Source: Mobula birostris
Taxonomy: Eukaryota
Assembly (NCBI RefSeq): GCF_030028105.1
Contig: NC_092370.1
Coordinates: 171,254,647 to 171,318,646, forward strand
Reading direction: 5' to 3'
Length of the DNA stretch: 64,000 bases
Under the pieces are notes generated by a model, which saw only the letters and a list, made by a program, of their open reading frames with translations, was not told where the DNA came from and did not search any database. Position numbers and translations under genes: made by a program. This document shows, one piece after another, positions 24,810 through 37,935 of this stretch (position 1 is its first letter; every line of letters begins with the position of its first letter).

Positions 24810-26019
24810 CTGAAGGAACAACAAGAACAAAATTGCTTATTAGAAGAATCATCTACCCATTTGTTTTGGAATGCAGCCACAACTTTTGCCCTGAGTTATA
24901 AAATCACAGCTATTTAGTACTGGATTTTAAAAACAGCAGCACTTAAATAAAACTGTGCAGACATCAAGTTCCAATCAAAAATTAAATTCTGATATTTGTT
25001 TCAAAATCATAATCTAATCTAAATACATCACAGGAAGATAAAATTCTGACGACAGTTTCAAATTGATGCTCATGGTTTTGAATTTGGAGTGTCAGGGGTA
25101 CCATCAACATGCCATTTTTCACCTTTCATCTTCATGTGAAATCAGTGAATCCCTTACATATGCCTCCACTCTTTACATAAACCTCTTCATGTGAAAACAC
25201 ATTTCACACTCTACAATTTCAAAATTATTCTTCTACCGGTGGTCACAGAGTATTCTCAAGTCCATAGAGAATTATGATCTGTTGATTAAGCTTGAGGTAC
25301 ATCAGTGTACCCCAGAACCAACAATACACTAGCCTCTGGACAAATCAAATATGCAGCAAACATTCAAATCTTTTTTATATCATCTAAAAAACTTGCGCTC
25401 AAAAACATGTTATGTAGGAATGGAGTCCAGATTGTTGCTTTTAAATTGTTTTTCTTTATAGTTTTAGTTTTCTTTATATTTGCTTACGTGTTTGTATAAT
25501 CACCCATATGTCCGTAGACTTTTAGTACATATAGCTCCATATTTCTGTAGCTTCTTTGCAAAGCTGGAGTGTGACTCAATCAGTACTTGTTAACAGATTT
25601 CTTATCTAATTTAGTTCAGACTGGTTTGCAGGGCAAAAAGAAAGCATGTGCCGAAGTTTCTCTATTGCCTTGCTTGCTAGTACAGATTGGCTATATTTGA
25701 CCTGTACTATGATGAACATTTTATAAAACACCTGTAACCCCAAGATCTGCACCTCATTCTTGACTTCTAAAGAACTTTCTGGAAAACATCATCTCCACAT
25801 CTAACAGCTACTCATAAACTTTTCCCAATTACCAGCAAAGCAGCAGGATTCACCAAGTGACAGTCACACACTACTAAGTACCTTGCTGACATTCAGTAAG
25901 GGCAGTTTCTGATCTCATCTCAGTCTTACTTCTGACAAGGTAGTGGCAGGGCTGTACTGAGCTCAGCACTGTAACTCCAAGCAAAACAAGTAAATGGGGT
26001 AAGAAGATGGGAATGCAGT

Positions 26020-26320
26020 TGCTGGCATCTCAAGCAGCAAATAAAATTCTGGAGGAACTCAGAGGGTTATGCAGCATCTGTAGAGAGAAACGGACATTTG
26101 GTTTTTTAGGTCAAGACCCTTCATCTCGACTGGAAGATAGCGAGGAAATGGCAGGTATTAAGATGTGAAAAGAAGGGGTGAAGCAAAAGCTGATAAGTAG
26201 TAGGTGCGGTGGTAGGCAGATGGAGGAGGGAAGAGTAGAGACAGGAACAGAAGCTATAAGGTGATAGGTGGGGGATGACAAAAGGATGATAGAATATGAT
26301 AGGAAAGGTTGGTTAAACAT
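26020..26320 (-). mobile_element. Decayed PLE 3' region with degenerate hammerhead (~26100-26132)
   Basis: Minus strand cagtcgagatgaagggtcttgacctaaaa plus the shared tail. Confidence 0.55.
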
Positions 26321-26742
26321 GAAATGAAATAATAGAAGTCGGGTGGCAGATAGGAACAGTAGGAAGAGAGGACCCAGCAGAAGGAGCGTGCGTGATGGAG
26401 CAGGGTGTTAGATCTGGAGATGAAGTTGTTCAAAAGGTATTTTGGAAGTCAACAACATTGCACAAATCTTACAGTTATAGTCATTTTATTAGATGTTAAT
26501 CATAGTACAGGTCACTGGGTCAGCTGATACCAGCAAGCAAAGTATAGAGGTTACAAATAGAAAGCAACAACAGAAGCTGAGCACACACTTTCCTTTTATA
26601 CTGCAAACTGATCAAAACCAGTCAAGATACATTAACAAGTACTGAATGAATCACGCTTCAGCTTTGCAGACAAAGAAACCCAATTATAGAACCAAATGTA
26701 CTACAAGTTACTAAATGTGATTACACACATATTAGGAAGCAT

Positions 26743-26994
26743 TAGGAAGGAATTCTGTTTAGATTAGTTTTGTTTTGGGGGTGGGTTTTTTTTTCTTTTT
26801 CATGATGTTTCTCGTTTTTTTTTGTCCTGTATTATTCATTGTTATCCTACGTGATTGGGAGTTTTGTCAATTTATACTATTTGGTTTTATAATTGCTCAT
26901 CTTAAGTATAACAATGTATTTCCAACAATTTTGTATTATTGCTATGTTATGTTTATATTTTATGAAACTAATAAAAAGATAGAAAAAGAGAGAA
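26743..26994 (+). mobile_element. L1-like 3' UTR insertion
   Basis: TSD aggaagcat on both sides; tail aataaaaagatagaaaaaga like the one at 42618. Confidence 0.6.
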
Positions 26995-28339
26995 AGGAAG
27001 CATAAAGAAAGCTAACACTACAAGGAAAAACACCAATAAAAACAATTTGGATCCTATTCCAACAATCCTGCCCCTTGATTCAAAATACAACATTTTGAAC
27101 CTATGAAAATTCAGAGGCAGAAAAACGTGGTAGAAGTGTTGAACGAAAACCAATGAAAACTAATTTCCCCCGGGATCAATAAAGTATGACTATGACATAC
27201 GCCGTAATCAACCTTGAGTTATAAAACATCGGGGGTATTTATATAGCGATGTCATAAACAAGTGGGCTGTCCTTATGTGTCCGGAAGCTCACTTGAGATT
27301 GAGCAGATTGATTTACTAATGATGTCCTTATATCAGTAATTAAAATGTAAACTACAAATAAGCACACCGCGGTAAGCACTAAACTTAAAACATTCAGTAA
27401 CCCCAGCTCCTTAGGGGTAATTTGATACAGTTGAAGAAATTCTACTCAGTGGTTTGTACTCATCTTGATTGCTTCTTTATGATTGACCAAGTCAGATGTT
27501 TTCAGACTCATCAGCTGAATAGGTACAACACTTTTTGCTTATAATTGCACCTTTTCCCCCACCACCATCCTTAACAGTGAAGATCTAATGTTACACAACT
27601 TTGGAGAACCATTTTTCGCACTGCAAACCATTTCTGCTGCTACTTTCTATAAGACACCAACACTTTTAATTCACATCACAGCTCTTGTAAAACCATACAC
27701 TGGAAATGGAACTCTCCCTCAGCACAGGTGCACCACAAGGCTGTGTGCTTAGCCCCTTGCCCTACTCACATGATACTAAACACAACTCCAATATCATATT
27801 TAAGTTTGTCGTTGACACCACTGACATTGACTGAACCAAGCGTGGTGACAAATCAGCATACAGGAGGAGACTGAAAATCTGGTTGAGTGGTACCACAACA
27901 ACAACCTCTCACTCAATATCAGTAAGACCAAGGAGATGATTATTGGCTTCAGGAGGAGGCTAGCGTGAATCCACTTTTTCCTTTGACTTTTACTGCTGAA
28001 TTAGTAATTATCAGCACCTGATAAGGTCCTTCCCACTGAGTGCCCAAATGGCTCCTTATGTGCTTTCTTGATTCAGGATCCACTCACTACGAATCAGGGT
28101 GTGTCCTTCTGGTGGATCATTCCAGGTGGTAGAAACCTGTGGAGAAGCAGACTGAAAAGCCTGCGTTACTTTCACACAATAGTCAAATAGGCTGTCTGTC
28201 ATGATGTGTCTATATGTGTTCTGAGGTCAAGAGCTCTGGGTAATGACGCATCTCGTTCATCTTGTCACCACTTAGGCTTAGTCTAGTCTTTTTGTTTGGA
28301 GTTTCTCTGATGCTGGTCAAGGCCATGGGAAGGGCCAGC

Positions 28340-29215
28340 AGCTATCTTGACTATACCTCTCCCTGCCCACTCTCCTGTAGGAATGTTATTCCCTTTCCTC
28401 AGTTCTTTTGTCTCCGCCGCATCTGTTCCCAGGATGAGACTTTCCTTTCTAGAACATCAGAAATGTCCTCCTCCTTCAAAGAATGGGGTTTCCCTTCCTC
28501 CATCATTGATGCTGCCCTCACCCTCCTCCTTTTCCCAGACATCCAAGCTCACCCCATCTTCCCGCTGCCTCAACAGGGATAAAGTTCCTCTTGTCCTCAC
28601 CTACCACTCATGAGCCTCCACATTTGACACATCATTCTCCTCAACTTCTGTCAACTTCAACAGGATCCTACCACCAACCACATCTTTACTTTCTCTCCCC
28701 ATTCCCTGAAGGGATCGCTCCCTCTGTGATTCCCTTGTCCATTTGTCCCTCCCTACTAGGCACATAGCCCTGCAAGCAACCAAAATGTTGCACCTGTCTA
28801 TTTACCTCCTCCTTGACCTCCACTCAAGGGCCCAAACAGTCCTTCAGTGAGGCAACACTTCAGCTGCCAACCTTTTGGGGTTGCCTAACTTATTCGGTGC
28901 TCCTGATGCGGCCTCCTCTACATTGTTGAAACCTGATGTGAATTCGGCAACTGTTTTGTCGAGCACCTCTGCTCTGTCTGCCAGGAGCTGAATTTCTTGT
29001 TGGACAACCATTTTAATTCCTATGCCCATTCCCATTCCAACATTTCAGTACATGGCCTCTTGCCACTATGAGGCCATTCTCAGCATTGGCTCCAACCTGA
29101 TGGCATGAACATCGATTTCTCCTTCTGGTAAAAATGTCCGTTCTCCTTCCTTCTTCTATTTCCCACACTGCCCTCTTCTCACCTGCCTATCTCCTCACCC
29201 TTTCTCCCATGGTCC
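28340..29215 (+). mobile_element. Penelope-like element fragment
   Basis: SYLDYTS..CLRRICSQDE..MSSSFKEWGFP..KVPLVLTYH; decayed GIY-YIG. Confidence 0.8.
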
Positions 29216-29219
29216 ATTT

Positions 29220-30345
29220 ATGTGCACAATGCCTCAATCAAAACAACTTTCAGAGGACCTTAGAATTGTGAAGATGCATCAAGCTGGAAAAGGTTACAAA
29301 CGCATTTCTAAAGACCTGATTGTTCATCAGTCCACAGTAAGAGAAATTGTCTACAAATGGAGGAAATCCATTACTGTTGCTATTCTCCCTGTGGAGTGGA
29401 CATCCTGCAAAGATCACACCAAGAGCACAACATACAATGACAGAGGTGAAAAAAAAAGACCCAATGGTAACCTGCAGGAATCTCTAGAGCTTGCTGAAGT
29501 CTCTGTTCTGTGTCCACTATAAGAAAAATACTGAACAAGAACAGTGTTCACGGAAGGACATTGCTGCATGTCTCAAGTTTGTAAAATACCACCTAGATGT
29601 TCTACAGTGCTTCTGAGACACTGTTCTGTGAACAGATAAGACAAAAGTTGAACTTGTTGGCAGAAATGCACATTGCTCTGTTGACTACACACCAACACAA
29701 CAACCTCATCCCTACTATGAAGCATGGTGGAAGCAGTATCATGGTTTGAGGCTGCTTTGCTGCCTCAGGGCCGGGACAGCTTGCAATCATTGAGGGAATA
29801 ATGAATTCAAAATTGTACCAAGACATTTTACAGTAGAATGTTAGGGTAACAGCCTGTCACCTGAAGCTTAACAGAAGTTAGATAATGCTACAACACAATA
29901 ATCTGAAAGACAAGAATTAAGCAACAACAGAATGGTTTAAAAAGAAGAAAATTCGTGTTTGGAATGGCAGAGTCAAAACCTGACCTTAATCCTTTAGAAG
30001 TGTTGTGGAAGGACCTAAAGCAAGCATTTCATGCAAGGAAGCCCATCAACAATCCAGAGGTGAAGCAGTTTTGTAAGGAGGAATGGCCAAAAATTCCTCC
30101 AAGCCAATGTGCAGGGCTGATCAACAGTTACTGGAAACGTTTAGTTGAAGTTATTGCTGTACAAGGGTGTCACAAGCGTTACTGAAAGCAAAGGTTCACA
30201 TTCTTTTTCCAACAAATACCTGTAATATTGAATCATTTTTCTCAATAAATAAACAAGTATAGTGTTTGCTTGCATTATTTATTTAATTGAGTTCTCCTTC
30301 TCTAGCTTTAGGACTTGTGTGAAGATCCAATCACATTTTAGGTCC
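29220..30345 (+). mobile_element. Tc1 remnant lacking its left end
   Basis: MPQSKQLSEDLRIVKMHQAGKGYKRISK; KHGGSSIMV; PDLNPLEVLWKDLK. Confidence 0.85.
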
Positions 30346-30359
30346 CACAGCTCCTGATT

Positions 30360-31040
30360 ATCCTGTGATTTTGCTCTCTGAGACCGACGTGAAAGCATTA
30401 ATCATGAGGGTGAACCCACAGAAAGCATCGGCCCAGACGGGGTACCCGGTCAAGTACTAAAGACATGCTGATCAGCTGGCTGGAGTGTTCACTGCTATCT
30501 TTAACTTCTCACTTCGGCTGTCTGAGGTACCCACCTGCTTCAAGCAGGCTTTAATTATACCAGTGCCTAAGAAAAATGTGGGTAATCTGCCTCAATGACT
30601 ATCATCCAGGAGTACTTATATCCACTGTGATGAAGTGCTCTGAGAAGTTGATATCAATTCCTGCCTGAGAAGTGACTTAGATCTGGTTCATTTTGTCTAC
30701 TATCACAACAGGGCAACAGTAGATGCCATTTCATTGCCTGATCACTCAATCCTTGAACATCTGAAGAGTGTAAATGCATACATCAGGATGCTGTTCATTG
30801 ACAACAGCTCAGCATTCAATACTACCATCCGCTCAAAACTAATCAATAAGCCCCAAGACCTGGGTCTCAATACCTGTGTATCTGGATCCTCAATTGCAGA
30901 CCCCAATCAGTTCAGATTGGCAACATCATCCCCACAATCTCCCTCAGCATAGGTGCAGCATAAGGCTGTGAACTTGAACAGAAAAGCCTACAAAGGTAGT
31001 GGCTACAGCCCAGTCTATCACAGGGAAAGCCTTCCCCACT
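30360..31040 (+). mobile_element. Rex1/Babar LINE RT fragments
   Basis: YIRMLFIDNSSAFNT; GAPQG-like; ends TAQSITGKAFPT next to the exon 1 donor. Confidence 0.7.
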
Positions 31041-31048
31041 TTGCTTAC

Positions 31049-31613
31049 CTGGAGGCAGAAACAAGCTGCCTCTTACCCTGCCTTCCCTTAACCTAATCCA
31101 GCGGACTCCGGGTTTGCTGTACCACCTATCGACAGCCTGCTTGGCCAGGATCTGTCCAGGGATCATTCCGGCCTGCGTGTGGCCCGAGTGCAAGGACAGG
31201 TCGACTCGCAGGGGCCTGCCGGTCAGATTGGTGCAGGGCCTCAACTTCTGGTAGGGCGTCTCCATACTAGCGGGAGAAAGGGTCCACAAGAGCCCCATGG
31301 GCACCACGCCCAGGTAGTCGCCGCCCAAAGAGGGGGAGCGGCCGACGTCAAGTAGCCCGCGGTCGTCGGCGCGGAACTGGGCGCTGGAGTCGAACATTTG
31401 CTCGTTCTCGGTGAGCACCAGGGCTCGCAGCGTGACCTTCTGGTGCGGCGACAGCCCCGCCGCACGGATGCACACGGGCTCGTCCGCCAGGCTCGGCTGC
31501 GGCGTAACCGAGAGCGTGGCTGCACCGCGCTTCCCTCGGCCGCAGCTCTTGCCCGGGCGCCGCCAAGGTCCGTAGCGAGCCCGCCACAGCCCGAAAGCCG
31601 TCCGCCCCAGCAT
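31049..31613 (-). CDS. Acyl-CoA thioesterase gene A, exon 1, with Arg-rich presequence (ACOT2-like)
   Basis: ATG 31613; AATLSVTPQPSLADEPV..GVVPMGLLW..REGRVRGSLFLPPG; donor CCA G|gtaag; CpG island; spliced CDS 1335 nt = 444 aa. Confidence 0.92.
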
Positions 31614-34142
31614 CTTCGCCACCACAACCAACTGCAGCGACGGTGACCTTTACACCGCACGCTCACCCAACCCCAAACCAACATAAAAACTAGCGGGAAT
31701 TAATCAAACGCAGACTTCATCGCTGAAGCGGCTGTGACAGAGATGCTCCAGTCAGATTTTTTCCACCACAGTTAAGCTTTTTGTTTGTTTCCACGCCTTC
31801 AAAATAATGCAGACATCTACTCATGCTCGGGCTAAAATGTAGGGGGTTGTCGTTGAGGAAGTTCCGAGACAATGACATTTGGGGCAGTGAGGGTGGAAAA
31901 TGGGAATGCAATTACGGAGTTATTAGGCGGTCAAGTAATTTTCCTGACCGCAACTCTTTTAAAACAGAAATGTTTGACATCTCTGTTTAACACCACGATA
32001 TTCCAAAGGGAAGAAAATAACTACAGTCATTAGCCTTTTTATTTAAAGTGGCCACTGTGTGTGTTCAAAGTTTTCTGCTGCTTTAGCCAATCCACTTCAC
32101 GGTTTGACGTGTTGTGCCGTTACAGGTGCTGTTCTGCGCCGCGCTGTTGTAAGGCCTGGTTATTTGACTTAACTGTCGCTTTCTCGTCAGCTTGAACCAG
32201 TCTGGCCATTCTCTTCTCCTAGTTTGCGCCCACAGAGCTGCCGCTCACTGGATGTATTTTGTTTTTTGCACTATTCTCTGTGAACTCAGCTTTCCCAACG
32301 TTAACTGATTTTATTTCATATTATTCTGAGATAACAATTTCCATATCTCAATTTTCACTCATTTCTCGCTCCCTAAATCTAATGAGAAATGTGCGTGAAC
32401 AATTAACTTAGGTTTCCTAGGTTTGACTGTCATGCACGTATCAAAAATGAGCACAAGAGGGAGCTTATCGTGGAGACACCACCCTCATCTTGTGATTGAC
32501 TAATTTAGACTGCCCTTTGATAAGTTTGATTTGTGGACACGGGAAAGCTGGTACATAAATGTACAAATATGACCATTACCAAAATGACATCTTTAAATGG
32601 CTAATCTGATTTTTGCCTTCAACAATATCTCAATGTCTAATTTTGGGAAAATCAGTTAGAGGTCTACATAGGAAAATATTGTAATAATTTATTAATAATA
32701 ATTGTAATAATTATTGTAATAATTTGAACAGTGGCCAAACCGAGATCGGGAGCAAGAGAAGAAGTGGCTCACACAGGTTGATGAGTGTGCATTAAAAAGC
32801 AGCGCTTCATGGGAATTTTGGTGTTTCAGCAGTGGCCAATCAGAGATCAAGATTCATCAGCAAGGGAAAATAAAAATAAGGCAGGGACATATGCAGAGTG
32901 GCCTTTGTTAGAATAGACAGTGTTAGAGTGGGGATTTGAGGCTTGAGTGAGAGAAGGTGAAAAGCTGTAGGTAGATTTTTTCCAGTTTATTTATTGGTTC
33001 TTTCTTTATAGTTGCAGTTAGAGTAGTAGGGATGCCAGGCAGGATAGTTGAATGCTTCATTTGTGGGATGTGGGAAGGCAGGGAGACCTCCGATATCCCC
33101 AGTGACTTCACCCGCAAGAAGTGCATCCAGCTGCAGCTTCTATCGGACTGCGTCAAGGAGTTGGAGCTGGAATTGGATGAAATCTGGATCATTTGGGAGG
33201 CTGAGGGGGTGATATAGACGTGTAGTTACACCGAAGATGCAGGGCACAGGAAGCTGAATGCCAGTCAGGGAGGTGAAAAAGGTTTAACAGTCAGTGCAGA
33301 ATACCTCTGTGGCCATCCTCCACTTTGGATACTGTTGAGAGCAATGACCTAGAAGAGGAAAGTCACAGTGGTCAGGTTGCTGGCACGGAGTCTAGCTCTG
33401 CATCTCAGAAAGGAAGAAGGGAGAAAAGGCGAGTTGTGGAGATAGGGGATTTGTTAGTTAGGAGAACAGAAAGGAGGTTCTATGGACGAGAACGCGATTC
33501 CTGGATGGTACGTTGCCTCTGGGTGCTAGGGTCCGGGATATCTTGCATCGAGTCCTCAGCATTCTTGAATAGAAGGGTGAGCAACCAGAGGTTGTGGTCC
33601 ATACAAGTACCAATGACATAGCTAGGAAAAGGGATGAGATTCTGCAAAGTGAGCTCGGGGAGTTAGGTACTAAGTTTAAGGACTTGACCTCCAGAGTTAG
33701 AATCTCAGGATTGTGACATGCTAGTAAGGCCAGAAATAGGAAGATTACACAGTTTAACACTAGGATAAGGAATTGCTATAGGAGGGAGTGGTTCAGATTT
33801 TTGGATCACTGGGCTCTCTTCCAGGGAAGGTGGGATGTATAGAGAAGAGAGTTTGCAGCTAAGGTGGATTAATATCTGAGCGGAAAGGTTTGTTAGTATT
33901 ACATGGGGGGGGGGTGAAGTTAAACTACAGCTGAACCACAATACCAGAACAGATAGTGGAGTGGCTGTTGTTAAGACCTCGGGTAAAGTCAGGAATCAAA
34001 AGGTTGAGGATAGTGGATTAATGCTCTGACTTGCTAGAAGTATTGTGTGAAAGGCAGATGAGCTCAGGGCATGGATCAACAAATATTGTAGCCATTAGCG
34101 AGTCTTGGTTGCAGGAGGGACAGGACTGGCAGCTCAAATATT

Positions 34143-34984
34143 CTTTGAGGAGCTTAGGAGGTTAAATGGCACCTAACAGTGACTCCTTTGCTTGCATCTT
34201 CAGAAACAGCTTTATTTTCATCTTTAATATCTCTATTTTTCCCATTTCAGGGTTCTTTTGAAGACCCTGACCTGGAGTTGCATGCTGACTATGGTTCTTT
34301 GCGGGAATGGGACCCGCTCTTGGGGTTTCATGAATGGCCATTATTTGGCACGGCAAGGACTTGGCCTAAGAGCCCTGCTCGCCTTCAGAGGTTCAAGATT
34401 TCATGGCTCTGGAGACGGGGTGATCAGAGGTCGGTGTCCGGACAGAAGATCTGTGTGTCATGGGAGATGGAAGATCTAAGGCTGTGTGCCCAGAGACCCG
34501 AGATCTTTGGGCACAGAGCTTGGAAAAAGCAACGCAACAGACTTTTAATATCGTAAACCAGTGAGTTGATTGTTATGTCTCCCCTCCCGCTGTAAAATGG
34601 GACACATCTTTCTCCCTTATTGGGGGGAGAGAGAGAGAGAGAGACACAGACAGACAGACAGACTGACTGTGGTATGTCGAATGCCGGGTGAACAAGTAAT
34701 CTTTGGGGTACTGTAAGTCTGTATCTTTGCTGTTCCTTTGCTTACGCTTCAGTGCTCAGTGGCGGGTGCCGATGCTTTTATTTTTGCCAGTGGGGGGGGG
34801 GATTGTTGTTTGCTGCCATTTAGCGCGGGGGGGAACTGGGGGGAGCTTTGGGGTTCTAACATTTAACTGTCATTCATTCTTTGAGGGCACTTCTCTGTTT
34901 TTGTGGATGGTTGCGAAAAAAAGTATTTCAGGATGTATATTGTATACAATTCTCGGACATTAAATGTACCTTTGAAACCTTTGA
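34143..34984 (+). mobile_element. Non-coding retroposon nested in the CR1
   Basis: TSD aaatatt (34136-34142 and 34985-34991); tail (cctttgaaa)2; internal GA/GACA microsatellite. Confidence 0.6.
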
Positions 34985-35380
34985 AATATTTCAAGGTTCC
35001 ATTGTTTTAGATGTGACAGAGCAGGAAGAATTAAAGGGGGATGGGGTGACATAACTTGTCAGGGAAAATCTCTTGGCGCTGCTCAGTTAGGATAGACTGG
35101 AGAACTTGTCTAGAGAGGCCTTATGAGTAGAACTGTGAAATAAGAAAGCTATGACCATGTTAATGGGGCTATATTACAGACCATCCAATCGTCTGTGGGA
35201 TTTAGAGGGACAAATTTGTAGAAAGTTAACAGGCTGTTGCAGGAAACATAAGGCAGTGATAGGTGATTTTAACTTTCCATATATTGAATGGGACTCCCGT
35301 ACTGTAAAAGACTAGATGGGATAGAATTTGTCAAATGTGTTCAAGAAAGTTTCCTTAATCAGTATATAGAAGTCCCAACA

Positions 35381-35526
35381 TTTTATCTCCTATTAGGGAG
35401 TGGGACAGAGGTTTGTGTAGGGGAACACATTGTAATTAGTGAACATAATGTACTATTTTATCTCCTATTAGGGAGTGGGACAGAAGTTTGTGTAGGGGAA
35501 CACATTGCATCTAGTGAACATAATGT
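35381..35526 (+). repeat. 75 bp tandem duplication within CR1 ORF2
   Basis: Encodes FYLLLGSGTEVCVGEHI..SEHNV twice. Confidence 0.9.
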
Positions 35527-36132
35527 TATTAGTTTCAAGATAATTATGGAAAAGGATAGGTCTGGTACATGGGTTGAGATTCTAAATTGGAGAAAGGACA
35601 ATTTTGATGGTATAATAAAGGATCTGGCAAATTTGGACTGGGGCAGGCTGTTTTCCAGCAAAGGTGTACTTGATAGGTAGGAGACTTTCAAAAGTAAAAT
35701 TTTGAGAGTACAAAGCTTGTATATGCCTGTCAGAATAAAAGGCAAGGATAACAGGTTTAGGGAACCTTGGTCTTCGAGCTACTGAGACCCTGTTTAAGAG
35801 AAAAATAAAAAGCAAATGCTTAGCAGGTACTGGCAGGTAGGAACAAATGAGATACTTGAGTAAAAGAAATGCACGAGAACACTTACGGCATAAGGAGTCA
35901 AAGAGAAGACGAGGTTGCTCTGGCAGACAAGGTGAAGGAGAATCCCAGGGGCTTCTACAGATATGTTAAGAGCAAAAGAATTACAAGGGATGAAGTTGGT
36001 CTTTTGGAAGATCGGAATGGTAATCCATGTGGAACCAAAAGAGACGGGGGAGATCTTAAATGTTTTATTTTTTCATCTGTATTTACTTGGGAGATGGACA
36101 CAGAGTCTATAGAAGTGAGGTATAGCAGCAGT

Positions 36133-37384
36133 GAATTGAATTGACTTTATTGCTTACATCCTTTGTATACATGGAGTAAAAATCTTTGTTACGTCTCCAT
36201 CTAAATGTGCAATATATGGTAGTTTATAATAAATAATATGTACAACAGGATAGTCAATATAACATAGAAATACAGTTGTGTCAGCATGAGTTAAGCAGTC
36301 TGATGGCCTGGTGGAAGAAGCTGACCTGCAGCCTGTTGGTCCTGGCTTTTATGCTGCGGTACCATTTCCCGGATTGTAGCAGCTAGAACAGTTTGTGTTT
36401 TGGGTGACTCAGGTCCCCAACAATCCTTCAGGCATTTTTTACACACCTGTCTCTGTAAATGTCCTGAATCATGGGAAGTTCACATCTACAGATGTGCTGG
36501 GCTGTTCGCACCACTCACTGCAGAGTCTGGCGATTGAGGGAAGTACAGTTCCTATACCAGGCAGTGATGCAGCCAGTCAGGATGCTCTCAATCGTGCCCC
36601 TGTAGAAAGTTCTTAGGATTTGGGAGCCCATACCAAACTTCTTCAACTGTTTAAGATGAAAGAGGCACTGTTGTACCTTTTTCACCACACAGCCAGTATG
36701 TACAGACCACATGAAATCCTTGGTGATGTTTATCTTGAGGAACTTGAAGCTGTTTACCTTCTCAACCCCAGATCCATTGATGTCAATAGGGGCTAGCCTG
36801 TCTCCATTCCTCCTTAGTCCACAACCAGCTCCTTTGCTTTTGCGACATTGAGGAGAGATTGTTTACCTGACACACTGTGTTATGGTAATGACGTCTTCTC
36901 TGTGGGCTGCCTCATTATTTGAGATTAGGCCAATCAGTGTAGTGTCAGTAGTAAATTTAATTAGCATATTGGAGCTGTGGGTGGCGACACAATCATGGGT
37001 ATACAGAGAGTAGAGGGGACTTAGGACACAGCCCTGAGGGGCTCCTGTGTTGAGGGTCAGAGGTGAGGAAGCCCACACTTACCGCCAGCTGGCAATCTGA
37101 CACGAAGTCCAGGATCAAGGCAGGGTGAAGGCTGAGGGCTGAGGTCTCTGAGCTTCTTGTCGAGCCTGGAGGGAATTGTGGTCTTGAATGCTGAACTGTC
37201 GTCCAAGAACAGCATTCTCACATAAGCATCCTTCTTCTCCAGATGCGTAAGGGCAGTGTGCAGAGCTGAGGTTACTGTGTCGTCTGTCGATTGGTTGTGT
37301 CAGTAGGTGAATTGTAGGGAGTCCAGTGTGAGTGGTAGCATGCTGCAGATTTAGTCCTTGACCAGCCTCTCAAAGTATTTGCTG
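36133..37384 (-). mobile_element. Rex1/Babar LINE 3' portion nested in the CR1
   Basis: LTLNTGAPQGCVLSP, IESILTGCITAWY; (attga)n tail at 36133. Confidence 0.85.
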
Positions 37385-37680
37385 ATGGACCCTATGCAGA
37401 TTACACAGAAGGTATTTGGTGTCTTGATGCAAATTAAGGTGAATAAATCCCCAGGGCCTGACAAGGTATTCCCTCAGATTGAGGGATGCAAATTGCAGAG
37501 ACTGAAGGAGCCCTAGCAGAAATATTTAAATCATCCTTAGTGACAAGTGAGTTACTGGAGGATTGGAGGATAGCTAATTTTGTTCTGTTGTTTAAGAAAG
37601 GCTCTAAGAATAAACCTGTAAATTATAGGCTGGTGAACTTGACATCAGTAGTGGAAAAGTTATTGGAAGGTATTCGAAGG

Positions 37681-37935
37681 CCGTGGTCCCCAACCTCCGG
37701 GCTGGGGACCGATACGGGGCCACAGAGAATGCAGTGGTAGCTGGAATGCACCCAGCACATCTTTAATTGCCTCTGATCTGGGCCGACATTTATGTGCCGG
37801 GCGGCACCTAATTAATTAGCTTGTTTATTTCAGCTTTTTTCTTAAAGATGTGCTGGGTGCATTCCGGCTACTGCTGCACCCCTGCATGCTTCACGGCCCG
37901 GTATTAATCCGTGGCCTGGAGATTGGGGACCACTG
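37681..37935. mobile_element. hAT (Charlie-like) MITE, strongly palindromic
   Basis: TIR c.gtggtccccaa/ttggggaccactg; 8 bp TSD ttcgaagg/ttctaagg; internal inverted repeat gaatgcacccagcacatctttaa. Confidence 0.85.

Noticed and set aside
31614-31631. Non-ATG upstream starts of the ORF-track calls for ACOT exon 1 (also 58966-58980)
   Set aside because: Artefacts of allowing TTG/GTG starts; the first in-frame ATGs are 31613 and 58965
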